A stretch of 64,000 nucleotides of DNA from Marinilabiliales bacterium (GTDB taxonomy: Bacteria; Bacteroidota; Bacteroidia; Bacteroidales; PUMT01), in NCBI GenBank assembly GCA_007695015.1, contig REEN01000063.1, positions 37,302 to 101,301 of the forward strand, read 5' to 3'. Both the position numbers and the translations under genes were made by a program. The notes beneath the pieces are model-generated. The model did no database searches. It was not told the origin of the DNA and worked only from the letters and a program-made list of their open reading frames with translations. Numbering within the stretch: position 1 is the first letter of the stretch; each line of letters begins with the position of its first letter. This document shows, piece after piece, positions 17,060 through 26,684 of this stretch.

Positions 17060-17827
17060 TTATTCCGGCAGGTTCTCAAAATTTGCCGGATTCCTGGAGA
17101 CAGGAACTGTACGGTTTTGGTGCCCGAATATGTCTATCAGCAATATCCTGCCTGACAGGATATCGTCACTTCCGGTTATCACCCTGATAACCTCGTTGGC
17201 GACATACGCACCGGTCACACCGGGAAGGATGCCTGGCATTCCAGTTATGTTCTTATCGTCGTCCGGATCTTTTGAATGACCTTTGGGGCTGATGCACCTG
17301 AAGGAGGGTCCGCCATTATAATTGAACACCGAAATCCTGCCTTCCAGCTTGCTGCACACACAACCCAGAACCATAACCTTTCCATATTTCAAACATGCAT
17401 CATTGATCAGGTAGTGCGCCTCCCTTTTATTTGTGGCATCCACAACAATGTCATATCCGGGCACAATGGATCCAGTATTGTCATTCTTAAGCTGTACATT
17501 AAGCATGTTGAACTGGACCAGCGGATTCATCGCAGAAAGCCTTTTTCGGGTAACAACTGCCTTAAGCTTTCCGATATCATCCATCCCGTAAAGCACCTGG
17601 TGGCTGAGGTTAACCTCCTCTATCACATCATGATCAAGAAACCCAAGGGTGCCAACTCCCATGGCAGTCAGATACTGTAATACCTGCGATCCAAGTCCCC
17701 CGATACCTACGACAAGCACCCTGGCATTCCGGATCTTCTCCTGGCCTGTTGCCCCGATACCCGGTAGCATTATCTGAAGCTTGTATCTTTTCTTTTCCAG
17801 TTCGGTAAGTGAGTTCAATTCTCCCAT
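17060..17827 (-). CDS. HesA/MoeB/ThiF family adenylyltransferase
   Basis: RYxxQ motif (RYKLQI), a Rossmann loop (VLVVGIGGLGSQV...LDHDVIEEVNLSHQ) and PSFRC, corresponding to the MoeB PCYRC region. There is no adjacent ThiS/MoaD-like gene. Confidence 0.85.
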   Translation of the reverse strand: MGELNSLTELEKKRYKLQIMLPGIGATGQEKIRNARVLVVGIGGLGSQVLQYLTAMGVGTLGFLDHDVIEEVNLSHQVLYGMDDIGKLKAVVTRKRLSAMNPLVQFNMLNVQLKNDNTGSIVPGYDIVVDATNKREAHYLINDACLKYGKVMVLGCVCSKLEGRISVFNYNGGPSFRCISPKGHSKDPDDDKNITGMPGILPGVTGAYVANEVIRVITGSDDILSGRILLIDIFGHQNRTVPVSRNPANFENLPE

Positions 17828-17871
17828 AGAATTTTTTTTTCTTTATACAAAAATAGTCCGATTCTGAATAA

Positions 17872-17908
17872 ATAACAACAAAAACCCCGGGGCGTGAGCC
17901 TCCGGGGT
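17872..17908 (-). terminator. rho-independent terminator after the ECF operon
   Basis: On the minus strand, ACCCCGG-aGGCtcacGCC-CCGGGGT forms a strong GC stem with a tetraloop. It is followed by TTTTTGTTGTTATTT and begins about 20 nt after the OMP stop at 17928. Confidence 0.7.
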
Positions 17909-17927
17909 CAAAGATGTATCATGAAAT

Positions 17928-18881
17928 TCAGAAGCTTAGCAGGGAAAACCCTATGGCAAACGGGTACAATTCCGGCCCTTTCCCATCCTGGAACAGGGCA
18001 ACCGGATAATAATTTGCATAAAGATTCATCGACCTGTAACCTGCGCGTAAAGTTATTCCATATCTGAAAGGCGAAAGATAGAAATCATCCCTGACTCTCT
18101 CCCGGCTTCTGCTGGAATTATCTTTGTAAACAACACGTGTATTTGATCCGATATTAACACCGCCGGTAACACCCGCGGCAAAATGAGCCCGGCGCGCACG
18201 GCTAGTATGCCTGGTCTGAAACTCCAGGAGAAGGGGAACATTCAAATATATGGCCCTTAACCTTGACCTGTCGACACTGATTCCCGGGTCGTCATACCAT
18301 ACCGGGACTATTTCACGATTTTCCTTGATTATGCTTACATCGTTGGAAAAACGGTAGTTGTTATACTCAAATCCAACCCCGGTTACCAGCCCGATATTAT
18401 TATCTGAAATGGCAAGGCTGTACTGCAGCACGTTAATTCCAAGGTTCACCGAACGGGCAGCGGCCAGCTCCATATAATCCATATCGGCGCCAAGTGAAGT
18501 TGAAAAATCAGAATTTACGTAGTTATTCAGTCCGATGTCCAAACCCCTCCAGTGACCCCTGAACGGCCTGCTGCGACGGTATGATTCTGGACGGTCCATC
18601 CTCCCCCGGTCAGAAATACTTATGTCGGTTTTCCCGTTTGCCTCAATTATGGTTATATCCCTGTTGCCCAGCGATATGGTTGTGGTGTCATATCTCCTGG
18701 CCTGTGCAGTCCTTCTTCCGGGCTCATCGCCCTGCATTACGGCTGTATCAAGCGTTCCTTCTTCCAGCATCTCAACCCTGTTTATCATCTCCTCGCCTGT
18801 TTGTGCAGTTATATGCCCGGCATGTAATACCGTACTTATAGTTACACTTAAGATAACTATATTTATTATTTTGCTTTTCAT
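17928..18881 (-). CDS. outer-membrane beta-barrel protein (uncharacterised)
   Basis: Signal peptide (MKSKIINIVILSVTISTVLHA), alternating beta-strand pattern, and a C-terminal aromatic residue (...GFSLLSF). It is the last gene of the ECF sigma operon. Confidence 0.7.
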   Translation of the reverse strand: MKSKIINIVILSVTISTVLHAGHITAQTGEEMINRVEMLEEGTLDTAVMQGDEPGRRTAQARRYDTTTISLGNRDITIIEANGKTDISISDRGRMDRPESYRRSRPFRGHWRGLDIGLNNYVNSDFSTSLGADMDYMELAAARSVNLGINVLQYSLAISDNNIGLVTGVGFEYNNYRFSNDVSIIKENREIVPVWYDDPGISVDRSRLRAIYLNVPLLLEFQTRHTSRARRAHFAAGVTGGVNIGSNTRVVYKDNSSRSRERVRDDFYLSPFRYGITLRAGYRSMNLYANYYPVALFQDGKGPELYPFAIGFSLLSF

Positions 18882-18955
18882 AGTTATAAAATTAAATTGA
18901 TTTATATGAAATTGTTTGTAACCGTAGGACGTAAAGACTGCCTTTTTTGTTACAG

Positions 18956-20044
18956 CTAATCATGATTAACTGAAACTGTCCGCTCGAATGCCACTAGCCG
19001 TGAGTTGAATGCAAGGGAAACAACTTGCCCGTCAGGGTCAAGTTCCCTTTCAAGCCGCATTTCAGTCCCGGTAATGGAGTTTATGCCTTTCACTCCGGCA
19101 TCTGCAACATCCCAGAATGTAAGCCTCTCCTTTACCTCATCATCGGCAACCCGGGCAACCAGGTTTGTCAGCCTGCTGACCAAAGAACCCGTTGCTGCCG
19201 CTTCCCGGCCGTCAAAAACAAAAGAAGGAGTGTACAGCCCGGCGAGATCAGGATGGTTCTCTGCCGGCTGGCTGTGCTTAAGCAAAACCGGGCCCTGCGA
19301 ACGAACGGTAAGAGGTGCAATGGTGAACAGTTCGCGTGAAAAGTGAATTTCTTCTGAAGGCGCCTCTGACAACTCAGATTCAACTATTTGCTGAGTTAAT
19401 AATATCTCATGGTCTGCAGGTATGATTCTTACATTTTCAAATATTATTTCTTCAGAGCGGACTCTTTCAGCAGGCCACGATGCCATTCTTCTTTCCGGGG
19501 CCAATGCGGGAGTATCGTTCCTGAACAGATGACCGGCAAAAAACCCGGCCGATATAAGGATTGCTATTGTAGCAGCAATTGAAACTGAACGGTACAAGAG
19601 CCTTCTTATATGCCCGGCACCTTTCTTGTGCGGCAATGCATGTTTGAGGATACTCTTCTTGTACTTGAATATAACAGACTTATCAGGTTTAAGTTTTAGC
19701 AGTTCGAATAACTTTGCATCCTTAATATATTCAGGGTTGCCCTCAAGGAACCCTTTCAGTGCATCAAGCGAATCTTCATCAAGATCACCCTCTGCTGCAG
19801 CTATGCAAAACTGCTCAAAGTTCCCGTGGGTTACCTTTGCAGCCAGACCTCCCTTTTTAAGATCCTCTTTCCTGATGAATTCAACAGAGGGAGCTTCAAG
19901 AGTAATACCGGCCAGATCGGTATCAGCTTCAAGACCGGGATTCGCCTCAAGGAACTGCATAAGCAATTCCTCCTCTTCCCTGGTAAGCTTTCCCTCTGCC
20001 ATATCGAGAAGGTAAGCTTCGTAATTTTTTCTGTTGAGCTGCAT
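18956..20044 (-). CDS. putative anti-sigma factor (single-pass membrane protein)
   Basis: It starts 27 nt after the ECF sigma stop. It has a single central TM (SVSIAATIAILISAGFFAGHLF) and no enzymatic motif. The role is inferred from position. Confidence 0.55.
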   Translation of the reverse strand: MQLNRKNYEAYLLDMAEGKLTREEEELLMQFLEANPGLEADTDLAGITLEAPSVEFIRKEDLKKGGLAAKVTHGNFEQFCIAAAEGDLDEDSLDALKGFLEGNPEYIKDAKLFELLKLKPDKSVIFKYKKSILKHALPHKKGAGHIRRLLYRSVSIAATIAILISAGFFAGHLFRNDTPALAPERRMASWPAERVRSEEIIFENVRIIPADHEILLTQQIVESELSEAPSEEIHFSRELFTIAPLTVRSQGPVLLKHSQPAENHPDLAGLYTPSFVFDGREAAATGSLVSRLTNLVARVADDEVKERLTFWDVADAGVKGINSITGTEMRLERELDPDGQVVSLAFNSRLVAFERTVSVNHD

Positions 20045-20071
20045 ATTAATTATATATTGATGATCCGCGCA

Positions 20072-20557
20072 CTAAATCAGAACCTCCATCCTGCCAATAT
20101 ACTTTTTCAAAAACACCCTGCCGCGATAGATATAAACCTTTACCTGTGATTCGCTGAGTCCGGTTATGCCGGCAATCTCTTCATAAGAATACCCTTCATA
20201 ATCCCTGAGCATTATAACGGACCTTTGTACTGCAGGCAGTTTTGTTACAGCTTCATGCAAGACTTCATTCAAATCGGTGTACTGACCGTTATCTGAATAC
20301 ATTTCCTCCCTGATATTTTCGAAATTAACCCGGGATTTCTCTTTCCGTATTGCATCTATCATAGTATGATATGCTGTTGAAAAAAGGTATGATTTCATTT
20401 TCCCCGGCAGAATTGTATCGATTTTCTGCCACACTTTTTCAAAGGAATCCTGCACTATATCGCGTGCCTTCTCCTCATCTCTTATGTTCTTAAGGATAAA
20501 CCTGAACAAGGCATCTGAGTGCTCATCCACACACCTGTTGAAAGCATCTATTCCCAT
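20072..20557 (-). CDS. RNA polymerase ECF-type sigma-70 factor
   Basis: 161 aa with region 2 (ARDIVQDSFEKVW) and a region 4 HTH (SYEEIAGITGLSESQVKVYIYRGR). Confidence 0.9.
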   Translation of the reverse strand: MGIDAFNRCVDEHSDALFRFILKNIRDEEKARDIVQDSFEKVWQKIDTILPGKMKSYLFSTAYHTMIDAIRKEKSRVNFENIREEMYSDNGQYTDLNEVLHEAVTKLPAVQRSVIMLRDYEGYSYEEIAGITGLSESQVKVYIYRGRVFLKKYIGRMEVLI

Positions 20558-20581
20558 TTACCGGAGAAATTTTAATTATGT

Positions 20582-20607
20582 GACGACATTGCAGGGGGAA
20601 AAGTTAC
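20582..20607 (-). promoter_or_regulatory. ECF-type promoter candidate (GTAAC-N17-CGTC)
   Basis: The minus strand reads GTAAC ttttccccctgcaatgt CGTC, ending 24 nt upstream of the sigma-factor ATG. It resembles the AAC / CGT pattern of autoregulated ECF promoters. Confidence 0.3.
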
Positions 20608-20745
20608 ACCAGGCATGAAAAAATTCCATCCCTCTTCCGGTGCCGCCCCTGACATGATAACTGACAGAGAGTAAACCCACGGTCACAGGGCCTGCATAAG
20701 AGCCCTTACCGGAATGCACCGGTCATACTTGCCGGACCAGTGTGC

Positions 20746-22149
20746 TCAATCAGACTGTCTTGCCATTTCAAGCGCACTTGTAGTAATGTAATACTTGGCT
20801 ATCATGTTCGGAACTTCCCATTCCGGCATCCTGCCGTCAACCAGAAAGCGGAGGTATTTCCGGGTTACACTGGCAAAATGGGCTTCATGCCCAACATCAT
20901 ATACATCAGGCACATTAACCTTCCAGGAATCATCAATCCTTTCAAGCTCAATTCCCGGATATTTCTCCTGCACTGCAGTAAACTCTTCAGCAAGGATTTC
21001 CTCAAAATCATCCATTTCAATATGCCCGGCAGGCCTTATATACAATACCGGCTTGTAATCCTGCTCCTCACCCTGTTTTATGATCAAACTGGCATTGGTT
21101 CCCCTGGTAAGGGAATAGTGTGTATCACCTGCTCCCTCAGGTGCGCTGTAATCCCACTTTACAATTACGCGGGCGTGAACCCCGTTGAGAACATAATCCA
21201 TTTCGCCGTTTGCGTATACCTGAAGAATTCCATCACTGTCAATGTACTCTTCAAGATAGTCAGGAAAAGCCTCTACACCTGTAACCCTCTCAAACTGTTC
21301 AGCTTCAAGGCCTGTGGGCCATCTGCTTGCCGAAAGCATTTCCACATCATTCTCATAGTCGATTATGACCCCGTGGAAACAAGACCACTGGATCAGGTCA
21401 ACAAGATGTGTTGTTACATCAACAATACCATCGCCCTGCTGGTTGACATCAAAAAACCATGGCGGACGACGAAGGACCTGACCTGAAACATATTTGAAAA
21501 AATGGTGTACGCTTTCCTTGATTACAGCTGGGTTTTGCGGACTGCCCTTTTCGAGCAATCCGAAGACACCGGGAAGGCGCATGATCTCCTTTTGAAGAAT
21601 GCTGGTAATTTCGTATCTCTCTGTCATTATATCATAAAGAAGTACATTATTCTTCCCGGCCGTTTCGAATGCCTCAACAAGAAGGTTAAAGTTCTTCTTA
21701 TTGATTGCCATCGGCTTATCTGACAATACATTCAGTCCTGCATCAACTGAATTCATTATATAATTAGTCTTTAGTTGGTTATTCCCGGCCAACACCACTA
21801 CATTTCCCGGTCTTTCCCTAAGCATCCTTTCGAGGTAGTCGCTTCCTGTATATACAACCTGATCCCATGAAGTGGGATTTTCTGCACGGGTGTTGTAGTT
21901 CTCTATCATAGCCAGATGCTGTACAACCTCCGGACTTTCAGGAGCATAAACATGAACTGTCGGGTTCACCTGATCGTACATATCCTTCTGAACCAAATAT
22001 GCATGGAAGTGTCCGGGTGCAACAGTGATCAATTCAACTTCGCCTGGTGCACCTGTAAAGACCCGTTCTTCCCTGGGTCCGCAGGAACTTGTGAGTACTG
22101 ATACCATGATTACCAATAAAATCTTTTTAAATAGTGTAATGTTCAACAT
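20746..22149 (-). CDS. Gfo/Idh/MocA-like oxidoreductase lipoprotein with oxidoreductase C-terminal domain
   Basis: Lipobox (VLTSSC). The N-terminal block ELITVAPGHFHAYLVQK is typical of the Bacteroidota 'putative oxidoreductase C-terminal domain' proteins as I recall them. It lies 3 nt downstream of the fucosidase. Confidence 0.7.
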   Translation of the reverse strand: MLNITLFKKILLVIMVSVLTSSCGPREERVFTGAPGEVELITVAPGHFHAYLVQKDMYDQVNPTVHVYAPESPEVVQHLAMIENYNTRAENPTSWDQVVYTGSDYLERMLRERPGNVVVLAGNNQLKTNYIMNSVDAGLNVLSDKPMAINKKNFNLLVEAFETAGKNNVLLYDIMTERYEITSILQKEIMRLPGVFGLLEKGSPQNPAVIKESVHHFFKYVSGQVLRRPPWFFDVNQQGDGIVDVTTHLVDLIQWSCFHGVIIDYENDVEMLSASRWPTGLEAEQFERVTGVEAFPDYLEEYIDSDGILQVYANGEMDYVLNGVHARVIVKWDYSAPEGAGDTHYSLTRGTNASLIIKQGEEQDYKPVLYIRPAGHIEMDDFEEILAEEFTAVQEKYPGIELERIDDSWKVNVPDVYDVGHEAHFASVTRKYLRFLVDGRMPEWEVPNMIAKYYITTSALEMARQSD

Positions 22150-22152
22150 AAC

Positions 22153-23541
22153 TTAAAGTTTTAGTGCATTAGAAATTTTATATACCCATGCGTAGGGTGA
22201 AGGATTTAAACCAGGAGAGAGTGAGGGTGGAGTTATGGTTATACCCGTGCTGGTGACGGAAAAATCAATCTTCCCTTCATAACCAAGCATGCGTACACCT
22301 GACGGAGCACCAATTCCACTCACAATTATATCATTATCACTCCATTTTGTAACTATAAGAAAAAGATCGCTGCCTTTTCTTGTAAAATAGCTTGTTGTTT
22401 GTGCATCAATAACAGGGGCATCTTCCCAGGTACGGGTGCCATAGATCCCCTCGCCGTTAATCCTGAGCCAGTCACCAATATCCCGGAGTCTTTGCTGCTG
22501 GATCACCGGTATCCTGCCGTCAGCAGTGGGCCCGACGTTAAGCAGGAGGTTGCCTCCGCGTGCAACCTTATCGACCAGGTAATGTATAAGGAACTCCGAA
22601 CTTTCATAGTCATCAAGAGATTCGTTCCTGTTGTAACCGAAAGAACCTCCAATTCCCCTTGTTTCCTCCCATGGATGGGTGATTACATCTCCACTGATAA
22701 CCTGATCGTGGATCAGATCATACTCGGTTGTATAAAAGCCCCCATGCCTGCTTCTCGTTTCACTTCCCCAACGGTCATTTACAACTACATCAGACCTTGC
22801 AGGAGAATCGTTGTAAAGCCATGCCAGAAATTCAGTGCTTCTCCAGGTTTCACTTGGATGGTCCCATTCACCATCGGGCCAGAAAATATCAGGTTCATAA
22901 CGAGTAACGAGGTCCTTCATCTGCGGAAGCATATGCTGGTCGACATATTTTTCAACATTTTCATGATATAGCGGATTAAACCATTCATAGAGGGAAAAGT
23001 AAAAACCCATCCGTAATCCATGCCCTTTAACAGCCTCACTCAAATCCCCTGCCAGGTCACGATGAGGGCCAACATCCCATGAGTTCCAGTTCCAGGAATG
23101 TTTGCTTGGCCACAGGGCAAACCCCTCATGATGCTTTGAAGTCAGGACAACGTATTTTGCACCTGCATCGGAAAAGATCGAAGCCCACTGATCAGGATCA
23201 AACATTTCAGCCCTGAAACCACTTACAAAATCCTGGTACATGAATTTATCCCCGTAAACACTATCGTGGAAATCCCTGAACTTGGCCCCCGCACTGGTTT
23301 CAGGCTGCATCATGCGCCGCCAGTACCACTCAGCATACTTTTCATAAACAGAACCGTCAACCGGACCCCATGCCGGAACTGAGTAGAGACCCCAATGAAG
23401 GAAGATACCGAATTTGGCATCAGAGAACCACTCCGGGACAGGGCGGCTGTTTATCGATTCCCAGTTGGCTTCATATCTCTCCTGTGAGTATGAGGCACAA
23501 CAAATTGTCACAACAATGAATAACAGAATTGAACGCACCAT
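22153..23541 (-). CDS. alpha-L-fucosidase (GH29)
   Basis: Signal peptide followed by the hallmark GH29 N-terminus WFSDAKFGIFLHWGLYSVPAW, and VVLTSKHHEGFALWPS. Confidence 0.9.
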   Translation of the reverse strand: MVRSILLFIVVTICCASYSQERYEANWESINSRPVPEWFSDAKFGIFLHWGLYSVPAWGPVDGSVYEKYAEWYWRRMMQPETSAGAKFRDFHDSVYGDKFMYQDFVSGFRAEMFDPDQWASIFSDAGAKYVVLTSKHHEGFALWPSKHSWNWNSWDVGPHRDLAGDLSEAVKGHGLRMGFYFSLYEWFNPLYHENVEKYVDQHMLPQMKDLVTRYEPDIFWPDGEWDHPSETWRSTEFLAWLYNDSPARSDVVVNDRWGSETRSRHGGFYTTEYDLIHDQVISGDVITHPWEETRGIGGSFGYNRNESLDDYESSEFLIHYLVDKVARGGNLLLNVGPTADGRIPVIQQQRLRDIGDWLRINGEGIYGTRTWEDAPVIDAQTTSYFTRKGSDLFLIVTKWSDNDIIVSGIGAPSGVRMLGYEGKIDFSVTSTGITITPPSLSPGLNPSPYAWVYKISNALKL

Positions 23542-23645
23542 ATACTAAGTTTTAAATTATTTAAAATAACTGATCGGTTTTTTACAACGATTAAAGAATT
23601 ATGCCAGCAGAGTTTCCGGGTTTATTATCTGTTTTGTCATTCCAG

Positions 23646-24767
23646 TTACTTAACAAGCCTTCCTTTCCAGTCAAATACTGCATAAAAGGAGGTGATAACA
23701 GTAAAACTAATATAAAATAAATAGAGAAGCTGCACTACCGGAAAATATTTCATGAGATTCTGCTGCCCGAAAAACCGGGAAACTGATAGAAGAAACGGAA
23801 AATCAATAACAGATTTTACTGCAATTATAAAACAGGCCGTCAGCAATAGCTGCGGGAAAACGGGAGAAACCAATATACATGCCGCAGCCAAAAAATTCAC
23901 AAGGAATACAAGCAGCGCAGTAAACACTGATGCAGGATTCCTGTAATAACGGCTTTTCGAAGTCCACCTTCGCCTTTGCTTAAAAAACTCCTCCATTGTA
24001 TCAATCGTGACAATACGAACGATTGCATTGCGGTCTTTCAGAAAGGAGATTTTTTTATCTCCCTTACTTTGCATGGCCATAAGCAGAAAGACATCATCGC
24101 CTGAAGCAATATCCCTACGAATCCCTTCCTTAACTTCAATATAGGCATCCCTTTTAAATGCAAGGTTGGCAGAACTGCACATAACTCCCTTACCAGCTGC
24201 GATCGACCCGGCAGTTGAGCCGGTAAGACTGAGAAATTCAAGTCTTTGAAATATTGAAAAGAAAGTATCCGGGCCATCCATCAGCACCGGACCGGAAACC
24301 AGGTCAGCACCAGAGCTGCAGAGTTTACCGGCCATTGCTTTTACCCAGCCGGGTGACGGAATGCAGTCGGCGTCGGTAGTGAGCACAAGCGGATAACGGG
24401 CCATTGAGACTCCCTTGATAAGTGCATTCTTTTTACCTTCCACACCATCTCCAAGCCTCAGATAACGGATGTTCCTGAATTTTTTTGCAAAAGACATAAC
24501 CATCTCAAAGGTAAGATCAGTTGAGTGATCATCAATAATCATGATCTCCATAAGGTTCTGCGGGTAGTCCTGATCCTTCAGGGAATTTATCAGTGAAACA
24601 ATGTTCAGCTCTTCATTTCTTACAGGAATTATTACAGAAACTTTACCCGTGGATACAGGGCTCCCCATAGAAACAGCAGGCATCCGGACCCATCCGGAAA
24701 AGAAAATCCCGATCAGTAAAAGATAGAGACTTGCAAGTATTACCGCAGTTATCCACAATACGGTCAT
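23646..24767 (-). CDS. glycosyltransferase family 2 (membrane-embedded)
   Basis: VSVIIPVRNEELNIVSLINSLKDQDYP, IIDDHSTD, TDADC. It has one N-terminal and several C-terminal TM helices. The start is taken at the ATG at 24767 (MTVLWITAV...), because the longer ORF to 24845 overlaps the GNAT gene. Confidence 0.85.
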   Translation of the reverse strand: MTVLWITAVILASLYLLLIGIFFSGWVRMPAVSMGSPVSTGKVSVIIPVRNEELNIVSLINSLKDQDYPQNLMEIMIIDDHSTDLTFEMVMSFAKKFRNIRYLRLGDGVEGKKNALIKGVSMARYPLVLTTDADCIPSPGWVKAMAGKLCSSGADLVSGPVLMDGPDTFFSIFQRLEFLSLTGSTAGSIAAGKGVMCSSANLAFKRDAYIEVKEGIRRDIASGDDVFLLMAMQSKGDKKISFLKDRNAIVRIVTIDTMEEFFKQRRRWTSKSRYYRNPASVFTALLVFLVNFLAAACILVSPVFPQLLLTACFIIAVKSVIDFPFLLSVSRFFGQQNLMKYFPVVQLLYLFYISFTVITSFYAVFDWKGRLVK

Positions 24768-24807
24768 AGGCAGTTCAAAATAACACCATTGAAACAGGTT
24801 CTGCCGG

Positions 24808-25260
24808 TTACTGAGGGATCCACTCAAACAGCTGATAATGTTCACTGTCCATCCCGAAATGTCGGTATACCTGCATTGCCTTTTTGTTGGTAATATCTAC
24901 ATACAATCTAATCCCGCCCAGTCCGGGATCATCTTCAACCCTTTGTTTAATATGTTCGTATAAATGACTAAATAAGCGTTTATTACGATGTTGCTGAACC
25001 ACATAAACGGATTGTATCCATAAAATTGTGCGGTTCCTCCAGTCACTCCATTCATAGGTGATAAGAAGTGACCCGGCTATATTTCCATCGAATTCGGCTA
25101 CATAGTAACAACCTTTACCGGGATCTGAGAATACAGCTTTCACTCCCTGCTCCACATCTGCAGGATCAAGCTCAAGTTGTTCCGTTTCCCTGGCCAAAAG
25201 GATCTGAAAAGATTCAATTATTCTGCTGTCACCCTCCTTCGCTTTCCTTACTACAATCAT
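24808..25260 (-). CDS. GNAT family N-acetyltransferase
   Basis: 150 aa with an acetyl-CoA binding block (IQSVYVVQQHRNKRLFSHLYEHI) and typical GNAT length and layout. Confidence 0.85.
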   Translation of the reverse strand: MIVVRKAKEGDSRIIESFQILLARETEQLELDPADVEQGVKAVFSDPGKGCYYVAEFDGNIAGSLLITYEWSDWRNRTILWIQSVYVVQQHRNKRLFSHLYEHIKQRVEDDPGLGGIRLYVDITNKKAMQVYRHFGMDSEHYQLFEWIPQ

Positions 25261-25356
25261 ACTATACTGACATTAAGCCTATCCGAGAAATCAGTATGCA
25301 ATATGAAGAAATTAATTAATAAAGCAAAGGGCTTATGACCAAAAAGATAAAGTTCG

Positions 25357-26451
25357 TCAGGCTCCCTGAATGTCTAAATTTGTAAGTCCCGCACGCCTGG
25401 CGGCGTTAACAGCATTACGGTACTCCCCTGTCGTTATTCTCCGGCTGATCCCGGGATAATCCCCGGCCTTGTACATTGGACGGTACTGCGACATTATGTT
25501 GATATAGGTGTCTTTCGGGAGATTCTCCCCAATCCAGTTCATTACCTGCTCAGATCCACCTACATTATTGGGCATAACCAGGTGTCTTACCATCAGGCCT
25601 CTCTGCATGATACCGTCGTTTGTTGTCTGCCCGGCAACACCAACCTGCCTGTTCATCTCGATCAATGCCTTTTTCGTAACTTCAGGGTATGATTCGGCAC
25701 CGGGAGAGTATTTATCTGCCATCTCAGGATCAAAGTATTTAAAATCAGCAAGATAAATATCAACAATCCCGTCGAGCATATAAAGTATCTCCAGTCGCTC
25801 CCACCCGTGCGTATTGTATACAAGAGGCAGATTAAGTCCTTTTGATGCTGCTTCGTCAAGTGCAAGAAGTATATGAGGTGCGTAATGTGTAGGTGTAACA
25901 ACATTGATGTTATGACACCCCATCCGCTGAAGCGAAAGCATCATATTCGCCAGCCTGCCTACGCTTACCCTATGTCCTGCACCTCCCTGGCTGATCTCCC
26001 AGTTAATGCAAAACACACAAAGAAGACCGCAATGAGTAAAGAAAACCGTTCCCGAACCGTTCCTGCCTACAAGCGGGCGCTCTTCACCAAAGTGGGGACT
26101 GAAGGATGCGACTTCCAGCCTTGAAGTTGCATTGCAATAATCGCCCTTCTGGCCCCTCAGCCTGTCATTCTCGCACTGGCGGGGACAGAGCCGGCAGGCA
26201 GCCATCATATCCCACATAACTTCAGCCCTGGCTTTAAGTTCACCCGTCCGGTGAAGTTTAAGGTATCCCGGCTCAAATTCACCGTTTTCAAAATTGTTTT
26301 TTGGGTTCATTACAGTCCCTGATTTTTCATTATCACTGCCGGAGTTTCCTGAAAAACAAGCTGCCATGGCAGGCATGGGCAACAGTCCGGCACATGATAA
26401 CGATGCCATCTTTCTGCAAAACTCCCTGCGGCCTGATTTGAATCTGTCCAT
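25357..26451 (-). CDS. radical SAM protein, PflX-like (PFL-activase homologue) with Tat/lipobox-like N-terminus
   Basis: CxxxCxxC appears as HCGLLCVFC. An upstream Cys cluster CRLCPRQCENDRLRGQKGDYC is typical of PflX/COG1313 proteins. The N-terminus MDRFKSGRREFCRKMASLSCAGLLPMPAMAAC carries an RR-x-F motif, a hydrophobic stretch and AMAAC. Confidence 0.85.
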   Translation of the reverse strand: MDRFKSGRREFCRKMASLSCAGLLPMPAMAACFSGNSGSDNEKSGTVMNPKNNFENGEFEPGYLKLHRTGELKARAEVMWDMMAACRLCPRQCENDRLRGQKGDYCNATSRLEVASFSPHFGEERPLVGRNGSGTVFFTHCGLLCVFCINWEISQGGAGHRVSVGRLANMMLSLQRMGCHNINVVTPTHYAPHILLALDEAASKGLNLPLVYNTHGWERLEILYMLDGIVDIYLADFKYFDPEMADKYSPGAESYPEVTKKALIEMNRQVGVAGQTTNDGIMQRGLMVRHLVMPNNVGGSEQVMNWIGENLPKDTYINIMSQYRPMYKAGDYPGISRRITTGEYRNAVNAARRAGLTNLDIQGA

Positions 26452-26684
26452 AATAGGATAATTTTATTTATTTTTTAACGGCAGATACCCTTTGAAAATT
26501 GCAACACGGCCCTTTGTTCTCCCTGTGCCGGCAAATTAATTGATTACAACGGCCCTTCATACTTTTATTTCCAGGCAGGCTTTTGATCTATCCCTATAAT
26601 ATGCCGGTATATAAACCGTTGGTAAAAAACAGTTAATTTTACACTTTACATTTTTTAAAATTTGGTTAACTAAACAACACAACT

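Noticed and set aside
20740-21486. 248-aa plus-strand ORF
   Set aside because: It is antisense to the oxidoreductase lipoprotein gene, whose product has a signal/lipobox and conserved blocks. The plus-strand product is low-complexity, typical of shadow ORFs.
22399-22971. 190-aa plus-strand ORF
   Set aside because: It is antisense to the GH29 fucosidase, which has unambiguous family motifs.
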